From: an uncultured delta proteobacterium
Lineage (GTDB): Bacteria > Desulfobacterota > WTBG01
DNA: 64,000 nt
Reading direction: 5' to 3'
Assembly: GCA_963793865.1 (NCBI GenBank)
Contig: CAWCBP010000001.1
Span: 384,001-448,000 of the forward strand
Positions 11,483-20,361 of the stretch are shown here, piece by piece. The notes under the pieces are model-generated. The model was not told the origin of the DNA, did no database searches, and saw nothing but the letters and a program-made list of their open reading frames with translations. The stretch's first letter is position 1. The number at the start of each line of letters is the position of its first letter. A program made the position numbers and the translations under genes.

Positions 11483-12648
11483 TTAGAAGCGAACTCTTAA
11501 TTTTCTCCTTATGGGATTTTCGATAAATTTGTATATCAGAAAAGATAACGGCACAATTGAAATCATAAGCACTGCAATGGTGCCGATTTCTCCCAGAGAT
11601 GCAAGAATAGATTGTTTGTTAAGCTCCAATAACCTCCACAACAGTTGATGAAACATAAAAATTGAAAAGCCAAGCTCTCCCAAAAAAACAAAAAGAGGTT
11701 TGGTTAAAATGTTGGAGAAGAAGCCCTTTTCAAGCGCAAAGGTTATGATCACTAAGAAAACCGGTATGGCACTGGCAAGGTAGTTTACATTAAGCAGATC
11801 CAGGCTCTTTGCAAAAGGGAAATTAAAACCAGCAGCGCTTGCCGCAGGAACCGTGTTACACAGCTCCAGAAAATAAAGTCCACGATGGAAAGCAACGCGA
11901 TGCTTTCCAATAGGGTTGCCAGAATATTACCGATCGAGCGTTGGAGAGATGTATGATATTTGATAAAAAATAGTGCAGCAGCGACGCCGCATAAGCATAC
12001 GAGAAGCCTGTTGAGCGGAAAGATATAAAGCAGCCACAGCGCGTTGGCATTGCTGTGACTTTCAATATAGCTCATTGATACGATCAGGGTTGAAAGGGAT
12101 AAGCAAAACAGCCACAGCAGATTTCTTGGTTTATTGTTTGCAAAGGCGAAAATCGCGTAAAAGAAAAAAAGCGTTGATATCATCCAGCTCACGGCGTTAA
12201 ACGAAAAATATATTAACTCGGATGGAAAATACGATTGAAGCAGCAGCATATTTATAATGGCAATGGATATTTGTATCGGTTGATGCCACAGGACCACGAT
12301 GAATGTACTAAAAAAAAATGTGCATATATGTACCGGATATATCCTTACGACTCTGTTCCAAAGAAAGCGAAGGGATTCCCTTGTTGTTGAGAACCTGTCA
12401 TAGTTCAACTTGATGACAAATCCGGATAGAAAGAGAAAAAAAGTCACCCCTATGACGCCAAAATTCACAAAGCGCGGATTGCTCAATATGTCCGGTTGGA
12501 ATGACAGCCTCAGATGATGCAGAGCTATGAACATTACGGCAAAGAAGCGAAGTGATGTAAGGCTTGCGGGATGTATTATCCGTGCTTTGGAATTTTGCGT
12601 ATCAACACTCATGATGTGAAGTGGCGGGGACTCGTGCGGTTCGATCAC
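11483..12648 (-). CDS. Acyltransferase family 3 (OafA-like O-acyltransferase), frameshifted near 11790
   Basis: SLTSLRFFAVMFIALHH, GVTFFLFLSGFVI, NAVSW; the second ORF 11483..11752 has LGELGFSIFMFH and IENP. Confidence 0.85.
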
Positions 12649-12664
12649 GTTCCTGTTTATGAGT

Positions 12665-13843
12665 TTATTGTTCGGTCAGACGCTTATAAATCTTCATATA
12701 CTCCTGAATCCTGCCATCCCAGTTGAATCGTTCCAGTGCCATTGCTCGGGAATACTGAGCCATGTGATCGTAAAGTTGTTTCTCCCGTAGGATCTGCTTA
12801 ACGGCCTGTCTGATGGCTGCCGGAGTGGGGTCGACCAGTTTTACCCTTTCTCCATCAATGTAGTTGAGATAAAAAGGATCGTTGCTGGTTATGACGGGCA
12901 ACCCGCAAGCCATGGCCTCCATCAAAACCAGGGAAAACACATCTTCTCCCGCGGCTGCCAGCACAAACACATCGCACGCCTGGTAGACCTTGATTAACTG
13001 TTCCTGGGGCATGGGTTCGAGAACCGTCACCCTGCCGGGCGCCTTTTTGATATACGGCTCAAAATCCCCCCTGCTTACCACTACCAGCCGGTAAGTGGGG
13101 TCGGCGGCACCGATAAAGATATCCAGCCCTTTTTTGGGCACAAATCTTCCGATACTGAGGATTAATTTTTCATCGAGCGGGAGCTGAAGCTCCTTCCTCA
13201 AGGCCGTTCTTTCCTCAGCGCTGACCGGGTGAAAGGCATCGGTGTCCACACCGTTGGAGATATATTCAATCCTTTTTTCCTCAATGCCCATTTCCATGAG
13301 CATCTTCTTAAGCGGCATGCTTAACGTTGTAATCTGATCGCTGCGTGCCAGATTCCCCTTACCGATATAAAGCGAAATGGATTCCAGCGTCCCGATGACC
13401 GATCCCTTGCAAAAATTGCCGATCCTGACCGCAAGCCCGGAACCGGCCTTGGGTCTGAAATGATATTTGTCGGGGGCGGTCTGCGTTAAAACAACTGGTT
13501 TGCCATAATGCTTTGCCATCCTGACTGCTGCAATCGAGCTGAGATAGAGCATGCCGTGGACGTGAACAATATCTGCCCGGGTAATCTCTCTTCTCAGCAC
13601 GCTCAGCAGAGCAGGTGAAAAGATGGGGTAGGGGATGCCGAACGTTTCAAGAAAATTGACCGCCTTGACCCTGACCACTTTCACGCCGTCCTTCACCTCT
13701 TCAGGCGGGGAATGATGGAGGTTGCTAGAAACCATGGTGACATGGTGGCCGAGACGCACATAGCGCTTTGCCTGCTCGAAAGCCCCGACATCGGTTCCGG
13801 TGATGTGGGGAAAAAGGTAATGAACGACGATGACAATATTCAT
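12665..13843 (-). CDS. Glycosyltransferase family 4
   Basis: DIVHVHG, ISNGVD, GRFVPKKG, EDVFSLVLMEAMACGLPVI, ERFNW. Confidence 0.93.
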   Translation of the reverse strand: MNIVIVVHYLFPHITGTDVGAFEQAKRYVRLGHHVTMVSSNLHHSPPEEVKDGVKVVRVKAVNFLETFGIPYPIFSPALLSVLRREITRADIVHVHGMLYLSSIAAVRMAKHYGKPVVLTQTAPDKYHFRPKAGSGLAVRIGNFCKGSVIGTLESISLYIGKGNLARSDQITTLSMPLKKMLMEMGIEEKRIEYISNGVDTDAFHPVSAEERTALRKELQLPLDEKLILSIGRFVPKKGLDIFIGAADPTYRLVVVSRGDFEPYIKKAPGRVTVLEPMPQEQLIKVYQACDVFVLAAAGEDVFSLVLMEAMACGLPVITSNDPFYLNYIDGERVKLVDPTPAAIRQAVKQILREKQLYDHMAQYSRAMALERFNWDGRIQEYMKIYKRLTEQ

Positions 13844-13859
13844 TGGTATCCTTTCGTTT

Positions 13860-14657
13860 CTATAACGGCTTCCTTGATGCTACGGCTATCCCGGAACCTT
13901 TTGACCGTGACGAGCGCAGAAAAAGCACATCCAGCTTGCACATGGCCAGCAAAAGAGGGAAAAGCAATTTATAGAGCGTAAAAGATCGTTTAGTGTTAAG
14001 CGACTGAATGTCCGCCCACGTCCATGCCTTCTGGCCCATTGCCACCCGCCGCACCGCCAGGTGCGCGATGGAGATGATATCCAGCATCAACTTTGAAAAA
14101 AAGTGGCAAAAATACCGGTGGCCGCACATCATCATGCCGGTCTTGTCCAGTGCATGTGAGAGCCCCGCCAGGGTATACCCCTTCCGGACATGCTTTTCCG
14201 GACCGTCATAATCATGCACCGTTTTAATGTTGAGTGAATCAATGAGGGTGGGAAAGGTAAAGTCGGAGCAGGGGACAGTAATGACCAGAACCCCGCCGGG
14301 CTTGAGAATCCTTGCAATTTCACAGAGGGCTTTGCCGTCTTCGCTTATGTGTTCCAGTACCTCGGCGCAGAGAATCTTGTCAAACGACCCGGACCGGAAG
14401 GGGAGGGTTTCCGCAGTTGAGTTAACCAGTGAAACCCTGCCTCTATTACCCGCTTTGACCGCAAGGAGATTTTCAAGTGAAATGTCCAGGCAGAAGGTGA
14501 AATCGTTTTCTACAGCAATGCCTTCCGCCAGGTACCCGCTGCCCGATCCCACGTCCAGAACTTTCTCCCCCTTCTGCACCTGCAGCATGGAGTCTATGAT
14601 AGGTCGTCGTATCCGGGTATGAAGGTCATAGACTGAAACATTGGTAGCGGTGCTCAT
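13860..14657 (-). CDS. Class I SAM-dependent methyltransferase
   Basis: VLDVGSGSG, LPFRSGSFDKILCAEVLEHI, ILKPGG. Confidence 0.92.
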   Translation of the reverse strand: MSTATNVSVYDLHTRIRRPIIDSMLQVQKGEKVLDVGSGSGYLAEGIAVENDFTFCLDISLENLLAVKAGNRGRVSLVNSTAETLPFRSGSFDKILCAEVLEHISEDGKALCEIARILKPGGVLVITVPCSDFTFPTLIDSLNIKTVHDYDGPEKHVRKGYTLAGLSHALDKTGMMMCGHRYFCHFFSKLMLDIISIAHLAVRRVAMGQKAWTWADIQSLNTKRSFTLYKLLFPLLLAMCKLDVLFLRSSRSKGSGIAVASRKPL

Positions 14658-15835
14658 CGTGCTTTTTCTTCTTCTGCCAGGCGCAACAAGGCAAGAATTC
14701 TGCGTACGATGCCGAGTGCTATCGCCTGCAGCCCAACGAGCACTAGAAAGGCACCGGTCACTACGTATACCCAGGGGATATCAATCTTTCCGGTGTTGAG
14801 ATACTGCCAGATGGTCTTGTAGTTAAGCATTATCCCAAGCAGCGCGACTACCGCACCGAAAATGATCAGCTTGCGCTGGGAGAGAGCCCGGTATAGTATC
14901 GATTTGAATCCCCTGGCCCGGTTATTGCTTTTGTGAATCAACTGAATGACGTCATCAGAGATGATCCCCACCGTGAAAAGACCGATGCTGGTTACGATAA
15001 GCACCATAACCGTCACCAGCCGGTAGATCATATAGTCGGGGATCAGCCGGAACTTGAGGTAGTAGAAAAGCGGGTACAGCCCGTAGAGGAAGCCGGCAAG
15101 AAAGGCTATGATGCCCGCAATGCCAAAAAACTTAAAGGGCTTATAGGTTAAGGCGATGTCGATAATGGTCTTTAAAAAGCGCATGCCGTCCTGAAGCACC
15201 CCGAGCTTGGATCTGCCGACCCGTTCCTCGTACCTCATGGGAATTTCAGCGATGGTCAGGTTTTGATCCAGCACAGCCCGGCAGCTCATGGCGGGGGTGA
15301 AATGAAGGCCGTCCGGTAACGGGTACAGCTTCTTGAGCGAGCTCTTCTTGATTACCCGCATGCCGCTGGCGGAGTCGGTTATGGCGGTGTTTCCCAGAAA
15401 ATTGATCAGGGCAGCGTAGAAGCGGTTTCCCACTTTTCTGATGGTGGGCATCTTGCTCTCAGGGGTCATTCGCGATCCGATGACTATATCCGCGTCTTCC
15501 TCTATGAGCTTTCTGCACATGCCAATGAAATAGCGGGGATCACAGGTGCCGTCGGCATCAAGGAACCCAACAAGTGATCCCGTTGCCTTTTCAAAGCCGG
15601 TTTTGATGGCAGCGCCATATCCCCGGTTTTTCGCGTAGGAAATGAGGGTTATGTCACTGAATTCACCGGCAATCTCGGCGGTCCGATCATGGCTGCCGTC
15701 ATTGACCACAATAACTTCAACCTCTGTCAAAGGCGTTTCCCGAACCATGTTTTCACGCTCCGCGAGACAACGCCTGATTATGGCCCCGATTGCATCTTCT
15801 TCATTATAGGCAGGTATGACGATTGACAGTTTCAT
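14654..15835 (-). CDS. Glycosyltransferase family 2, polyprenol-phosphate sugar synthase type, with C-terminal TM helices
   Basis: LSIVIPAYNEE, VNDGSHD, NRGYGAA, FLDADG, GSR, DSASGMR; four hydrophobic segments at the C-terminus. Confidence 0.9.
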   Translation of the reverse strand: MKLSIVIPAYNEEDAIGAIIRRCLAERENMVRETPLTEVEVIVVNDGSHDRTAEIAGEFSDITLISYAKNRGYGAAIKTGFEKATGSLVGFLDADGTCDPRYFIGMCRKLIEEDADIVIGSRMTPESKMPTIRKVGNRFYAALINFLGNTAITDSASGMRVIKKSSLKKLYPLPDGLHFTPAMSCRAVLDQNLTIAEIPMRYEERVGRSKLGVLQDGMRFLKTIIDIALTYKPFKFFGIAGIIAFLAGFLYGLYPLFYYLKFRLIPDYMIYRLVTVMVLIVTSIGLFTVGIISDDVIQLIHKSNNRARGFKSILYRALSQRKLIIFGAVVALLGIMLNYKTIWQYLNTGKIDIPWVYVVTGAFLVLVGLQAIALGIVRRILALLRLAEEEKAR

Positions 15836-15855
15836 GTGCTTTAAGGAGTGAGGTT

Positions 15856-16668
15856 TCAGTTAGTTTGCAGCGGTGTCCCCTGCTGGTCCCATGAAAGCCA
15901 TTCGCCGACCCGCTGGCCGTCCTTGTATTCTCCCTCGGTTTTCTTTTGGCCGTTGTCATGCCAGGTGGTGTGCCTGCCGTTCTTTTTACCGTTCAGGTAC
16001 TCACCCTCGGAGGCCTTCGCGCCGTTTTCGTACCAGTAGGTAAAGAACCCGTTCTCTTTGCCCTCCTTGAATTCGCCTTCCCAGTACTTTGCGCCGTTTT
16101 CATACCAGCACTCCCATTTTCCGGTCTGCTGGCTGTTTTCCAGAGCGCCCTCATTTTTCTTCTTTCCGTTAGCGTACCAGCTGGTGCTTGTTCCGCTTTT
16201 CAGGTTGTCCGTGAATATCGACTCTGATTTTTTCTGACCGTTGTCATACCAGTCGGTCCAGGTGCCGTTTCTCTTGTCGTCCTGATAGGCGCCTTCCGAC
16301 TTTTTCTTGCCGTTATCATGCCATTCAATCCATAATCCCGTCTTTTTATCCTCCTGGTAAGCACCCTCGGATTCTTTCTGCCCGTTTTCATACCAGAAGG
16401 TGTGTTTGCCGTCCTGCTTGCCGTCTTTAAAGTTTCCCTGCTGCCGCTGCTTGCCGTTCTCATACCAGCTTGCGTAGCTGCCGTGCTTTATGAAATTACC
16501 GGAGGCGTCCTTCTTCACCTCATATTTTTCCTTCAGCTGGCCGTTGTCATAGCGGGTTTCCAGTTTCCGTGAGCACCCAAAAAGGCAGAGTGACGCGGCG
16601 AGCACGGTCAGTGCAATCGCGATAAGGGTTTGAGATGTCATTGTTCTTGTACCCGGCTTCATGCTCAT
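15856..16668 (-). CDS. MORN-variant repeat lipoprotein (YwqK-like)
   Basis: Signal peptide with LFGC lipobox; about nine 24-aa repeats of W(Y/H)(E/D)NGxKxSEG. Confidence 0.88.
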   Translation of the reverse strand: MSMKPGTRTMTSQTLIAIALTVLAASLCLFGCSRKLETRYDNGQLKEKYEVKKDASGNFIKHGSYASWYENGKQRQQGNFKDGKQDGKHTFWYENGQKESEGAYQEDKKTGLWIEWHDNGKKKSEGAYQDDKRNGTWTDWYDNGQKKSESIFTDNLKSGTSTSWYANGKKKNEGALENSQQTGKWECWYENGAKYWEGEFKEGKENGFFTYWYENGAKASEGEYLNGKKNGRHTTWHDNGQKKTEGEYKDGQRVGEWLSWDQQGTPLQTN

Positions 16669-16763
16669 ATCCTCCTTTAATAGTGGCCCTGGTTCAAATT
16701 ATAGTGTACAATGATATACTATATTTAATGAAAAATCAACGAAATAAAGGTACAGGGTCATCC

Positions 16764-17620
16764 ATGCGCTTCGGCTTTCACATATCCATTGCCCAGGGAA
16801 TTGCCAGTGTCATAGAGAAGGCACGGCAAACACGCTGTGAAACCATACAACTCTTCTCCCGCAATCCCCGGGGATGGAAATTTAAAAACCTTTCCGCCGA
16901 CCAGGTTGAAGGCTTTAAAGCGCAGCTCGAGAAATCAGGCATTTCACCCTGCATTTTGCACCTTCCCTATCTTCCCAACCTTGCCTCCGCCAACCCGGAC
17001 CTGTACGCCAAGTCTGTTGATTCACTCTGCGCGGACCTGGTCAGGGCAGGGGCGCTCACCATACCGTTTGTGGTCGCCCACGTGGGAAAGCGGCTGGAGC
17101 TGAGCGAAGGCAGGGCCATGGCGCGGGTTGCCGCGGCCATTAACAGGTCATTAAAGAAGGTTCCCAATGATGTGATGATATTGCTGGAAAATACCGCGGG
17201 GCAGGGGACAGAGCTGGGCGCGAACTTCGCGGAACTGGGGGAGATCCTTTCCCGCGTTGATGACCGGCGCAGGGTCGGCGTTTGCCTGGACGTGGCGCAC
17301 GCCTTCCAGGCGGGTTACGATGTCTCGACGCTAAAGGGGCTTGATGGGACCCTCGCCGAGTTCGATAGGCTGATCGGCCTTAAGCATCTGCACCTCCTCC
17401 ATCTCAATGATTCAAAAACACCCCTGGGCTCCCGCGCTGACCGGCACTGGCATATCGGCAAGGGGCACATCGGCCTGGAGGGGTTCCGGAATATCGTGAA
17501 CCATCCGCTGCTCGTTCACCTTCCCGGCATCATGGAAACACCGAGAGCGGACACAAGGATGATAGGAGGAATATGAGAGTAGTGAGGAGGTTGAGGGAAG
17601 AGGGGGCAGGGGAGAAGTAA
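16764..17620 (+). CDS. nfo: Endonuclease IV (AP endonuclease)
   Basis: MRFGFHIS, QLFSRNPRGW, HLPYLPNLAS, LLENTAGQG, HLNDSK, DRHWHIG, METP. The ORF stops at 17576, but a frameshift near 17555 gives DDRRNMRVVRRL to TAA 17620. Confidence 0.93.
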
Positions 17621-18032
17621 ATCCCAAAGAATTTCAAAATCCAAATCTCAAATGTCCGAAACGGGAATCGTGATGCAGGACAATGGATAGGAGGCTTTAT
17701 CCAGTACTCCAGTATTCCAAAACTCCAGCACTCCGGCCTTTACACCACGAAGGGCACGAAGGAAAAGCACGAAGAACACGAAGAAATACATTGAATTGTA
17801 GGGGCAACCCCCTGTGGTTGCCCCCACAGACCGATTTTTCAGTCGCATCGCGCCTTCGAAATGACAAGGCAGAGTTTGTCATTCTGCGACTTGATCGCAG
17901 GATCCAACAAAAAAACACGAACTGGATTCTGGGGTCGAGCCGCAGACTGACCTTTCCATGGCGCAAAAAATGGAGGAATGCACTTCGTTGCGTCCGTTTA
18001 TTATGTACGGCCATGACAGAGCATGGCCCTCC
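17621..18032. repeat. Mosaic intergenic repeat element, copy 1
   Basis: CCAAAT-type heptamers, ACTCCAG octamers, CACGAAG array from 17744, GTAG-led palindrome GTAGGGGCAACCCCCTGTGGTTGCCCC 17798-17824, CTTCGAAATGACAA, GTCATTCTGCGAC..GTCGAGCCGCAGACTGAC hairpin, GGAG..CTCC REP-like doublet. Confidence 0.85.
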
Positions 18033-18233
18033 ATCGTTCGACGCCGGATGTTGGCCGTCAGATATTCAACATTCGTCTTTTCAAATAAGCATAAGCTATA
18101 TTTGATTATCCTAACAGGTTGAGTTATAGTAGCGAACAAAGGCATTACATGAATGTTCGAAACCTATTGAGTTAAGAATCGTTATAATTCGCATGGTTTT
18201 AACATGTTGTAAAACCGTTTGTAAGAGGCGCTT

Positions 18234-19589
18234 ATGAGACCAAAAGTGAAGGTTTGTCTTACGCTCCTTTGCAGTATTCTATGCATATCGGTTTTTAGCA
18301 GCAATGCATTTCCGGCCGTACCGAAGCGCATTCTCCTGATTGTCATGGATGGCGCACGGTACGATTATTGTACTCCGGAAACAATGCCCAATCTGTATTC
18401 TTTCATGGAAAGGGCTCTGGTGTTTAAAAATGCATACGCACCAAGTTCCTGGACCCTACCGTCACATGCATCCTTGTTTACCGGTTTGTATCCACAGCAG
18501 CATGGGGCTTTTAGGCTCCCCTATCAGCCAACTAATGATGTGGCCATTGATTCTAAAAGGCGATTAGAAGCACCGATTGATATTGATGCCATTGCTCTTC
18601 CGCGGGACGCCATGACCATAGCAGAAATTCTTCATTCAGTCGGCTACCAGACCCTGAGCGTTTTCGGTAATCCTTGCTACGGGTATCCCATATTCAATCT
18701 CCAGAAAGGATTCGATACATGGCTGAATCTGGTTGAAAAAAAACTGAAGGCAACCGGTATAAGACAGCGTGGATTCTATTCTTTTGATTACGAGGTGGAT
18801 GGGGATTTCTATACGGTAATACCAAGCGCTTCAGAAGTTGCACGTGAGGCTACTACATTACTTCAAGCTGCCGATCCCGCAAGACCGATTTTTCTTTTCA
18901 TAAATTTTGAGGATCCGATTGCCACCCCGTTCTATTATCCACCGCAAAAAAGATCAGATGTATTCGATAATTACAGTCAATATCTTAAAAAAAGCATGAA
19001 GTCGATTGATGATGTTATAGTTCCTGTTTTATCCATGTTTAAAGATGGCCTTATCATCGTTACCTCCGATCATGGGCAGGGAGATGGGACTGCGTATAAA
19101 GGTGCAGTGCATGGTACCTCTCTTTATTCCTCCCAGACGAAGATCCCCCTGTTCATACATAATTATACGCGGAAGAAACTCAATTCTGAGGCACCTATAG
19201 ATCTCACACGCATTATGGGTATCATTCTTAATGCTGCCGGATTGGATTACCCCGCTAAGAAGCAGTTTTTCCATCCCGGTGACGATCTGGCATTCAGTCA
19301 CCTCGATGCCTCACCTGAAGCACCAGTTGGTACGCAGGCATCGTTCAGCATCATTTCGGAGCAGGCCCTGCTTTTATTAACTTTCCGTTCAGGAGGGTTC
19401 ACCAAGCATTATATTACGCAGAAGGCTCTGGGTGAGAACATTGATGAGCGGTTTGGGATAGAGCAGGTCCTTTCCCGGAAGATAATGCCGTTTGTCAGGC
19501 TTGAACGAGTTTTCCCTACAACAGGAAAATATCAAAGGCTTGATGAAAATAACATAGAGATGCTGAAAGGATTGGGATACATTGAGTAG
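18234..19589 (+). CDS. Sulfatase-like alkaline phosphatase superfamily protein, exported
   Basis: Signal peptide, [42 protein letters not shown]-terminal LKGLGYIE. Confidence 0.88.
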   Translation: MRPKVKVCLTLLCSILCISVFSSNAFPAVPKRILLIVMDGARYDYCTPETMPNLYSFMERALVFKNAYAPSSWTLPSHASLFTGLYPQQHGAFRLPYQPTNDVAIDSKRRLEAPIDIDAIALPRDAMTIAEILHSVGYQTLSVFGNPCYGYPIFNLQKGFDTWLNLVEKKLKATGIRQRGFYSFDYEVDGDFYTVIPSASEVAREATTLLQAADPARPIFLFINFEDPIATPFYYPPQKRSDVFDNYSQYLKKSMKSIDDVIVPVLSMFKDGLIIVTSDHGQGDGTAYKGAVHGTSLYSSQTKIPLFIHNYTRKKLNSEAPIDLTRIMGIILNAAGLDYPAKKQFFHPGDDLAFSHLDASPEAPVGTQASFSIISEQALLLLTFRSGGFTKHYITQKALGENIDERFGIEQVLSRKIMPFVRLERVFPTTGKYQRLDENNIEMLKGLGYIE

Positions 19590-19615
19590 GTGTGCTGAGC
19601 GCAAGAGCGCAACTA

Positions 19616-19990
19616 CATGATGCACGATGCAGGATACAGGATAGATCAGTCCACAGTTGTTAGTCCACGGTCGACAGTCTGGAAACCAATACTGCAGTGC
19701 TCCGCTACTCCAATACTTCAACTTTGAACCACGAAGTGCACGACGGGGCTCCTGACAACTGTCAACTGAAAACTTTTTTTGACCCTGTCCCCTTTACCCT
19801 GTTTCCTGAACCCTGCCCACTGTTTTTTTTAACCACGAAGTGCACGAAGGAAAAGCACGAAGAACACGAAGAAATACATCGAATCGTAGGGGCAACCCCC
19901 TGTGGTTGCCCCACAATGTCCGGGCAGGCACGAATGCCTGCCCCGACAGGCCAATTTCTCAGTCGCGAAAGCGCCTTCGAAATGACAATG
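19616..19990. repeat. Mosaic intergenic repeat element, copy 2
   Basis: ATGCA(C/G)G heptamers, AGTCCAC units, ACTG(T/A)(C/A)A units, ACCCTG units, CACGAAG array 19832-19873, GTAG REP doublet 19886-19947, CTTCGAAATGACAATG. Confidence 0.88.
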
Positions 19991-20361
19991 TGGAGCAGGG
20001 CGGCACCAGTTGTGTCATCCTTCTTCTTTGTTCATCGCAGCATCCAAAGTCTTGGACCGGGCCGCAGGCCGTTGAGTCCTGCATGTAATATAAGTCCATG
20101 ACAGATCACAGCGCTCCGATAGTTGCGATGATGGATAGTGCAAGTTCGATGTGTGCGACCACGATTCCATCTCTGACTCTGTAAACTCAACTGCAACAGC
20201 CGCGTCGGAACATGCCTTTCACGCTTCCTCCCTCCTCTCCCTCAAGCGGCAGCGCTCCGTATTAACGCATTGCTTTCGTGCCCTGCACTGTGCTATTTAG
20301 TCTGCGTCTCGTAACCGCTCGATCACAGCAACTTCCCAACCCGTGTGAGGAAATCCCGGAC

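Noticed and set aside
15856..16668. YwqK-like protein as the antitoxin of a toxin-antitoxin pair
   Set aside because: No adjacent toxin; it has a lipoprotein signal and is better described as a MORN-repeat lipoprotein.
17648..18145. Short ORFs over the mosaic repeats (also 19697..20101, 22682..23119, 56726..57133, 60538..60939)
   Set aside because: They are translations of non-coding repeat modules; their mutual similarity comes from the DNA repeat.
20000..20260. Possible degraded minus-strand gene remnant behind a GGAGG-rich tract
   Set aside because: No frame yields a recognisable or sustained ORF.
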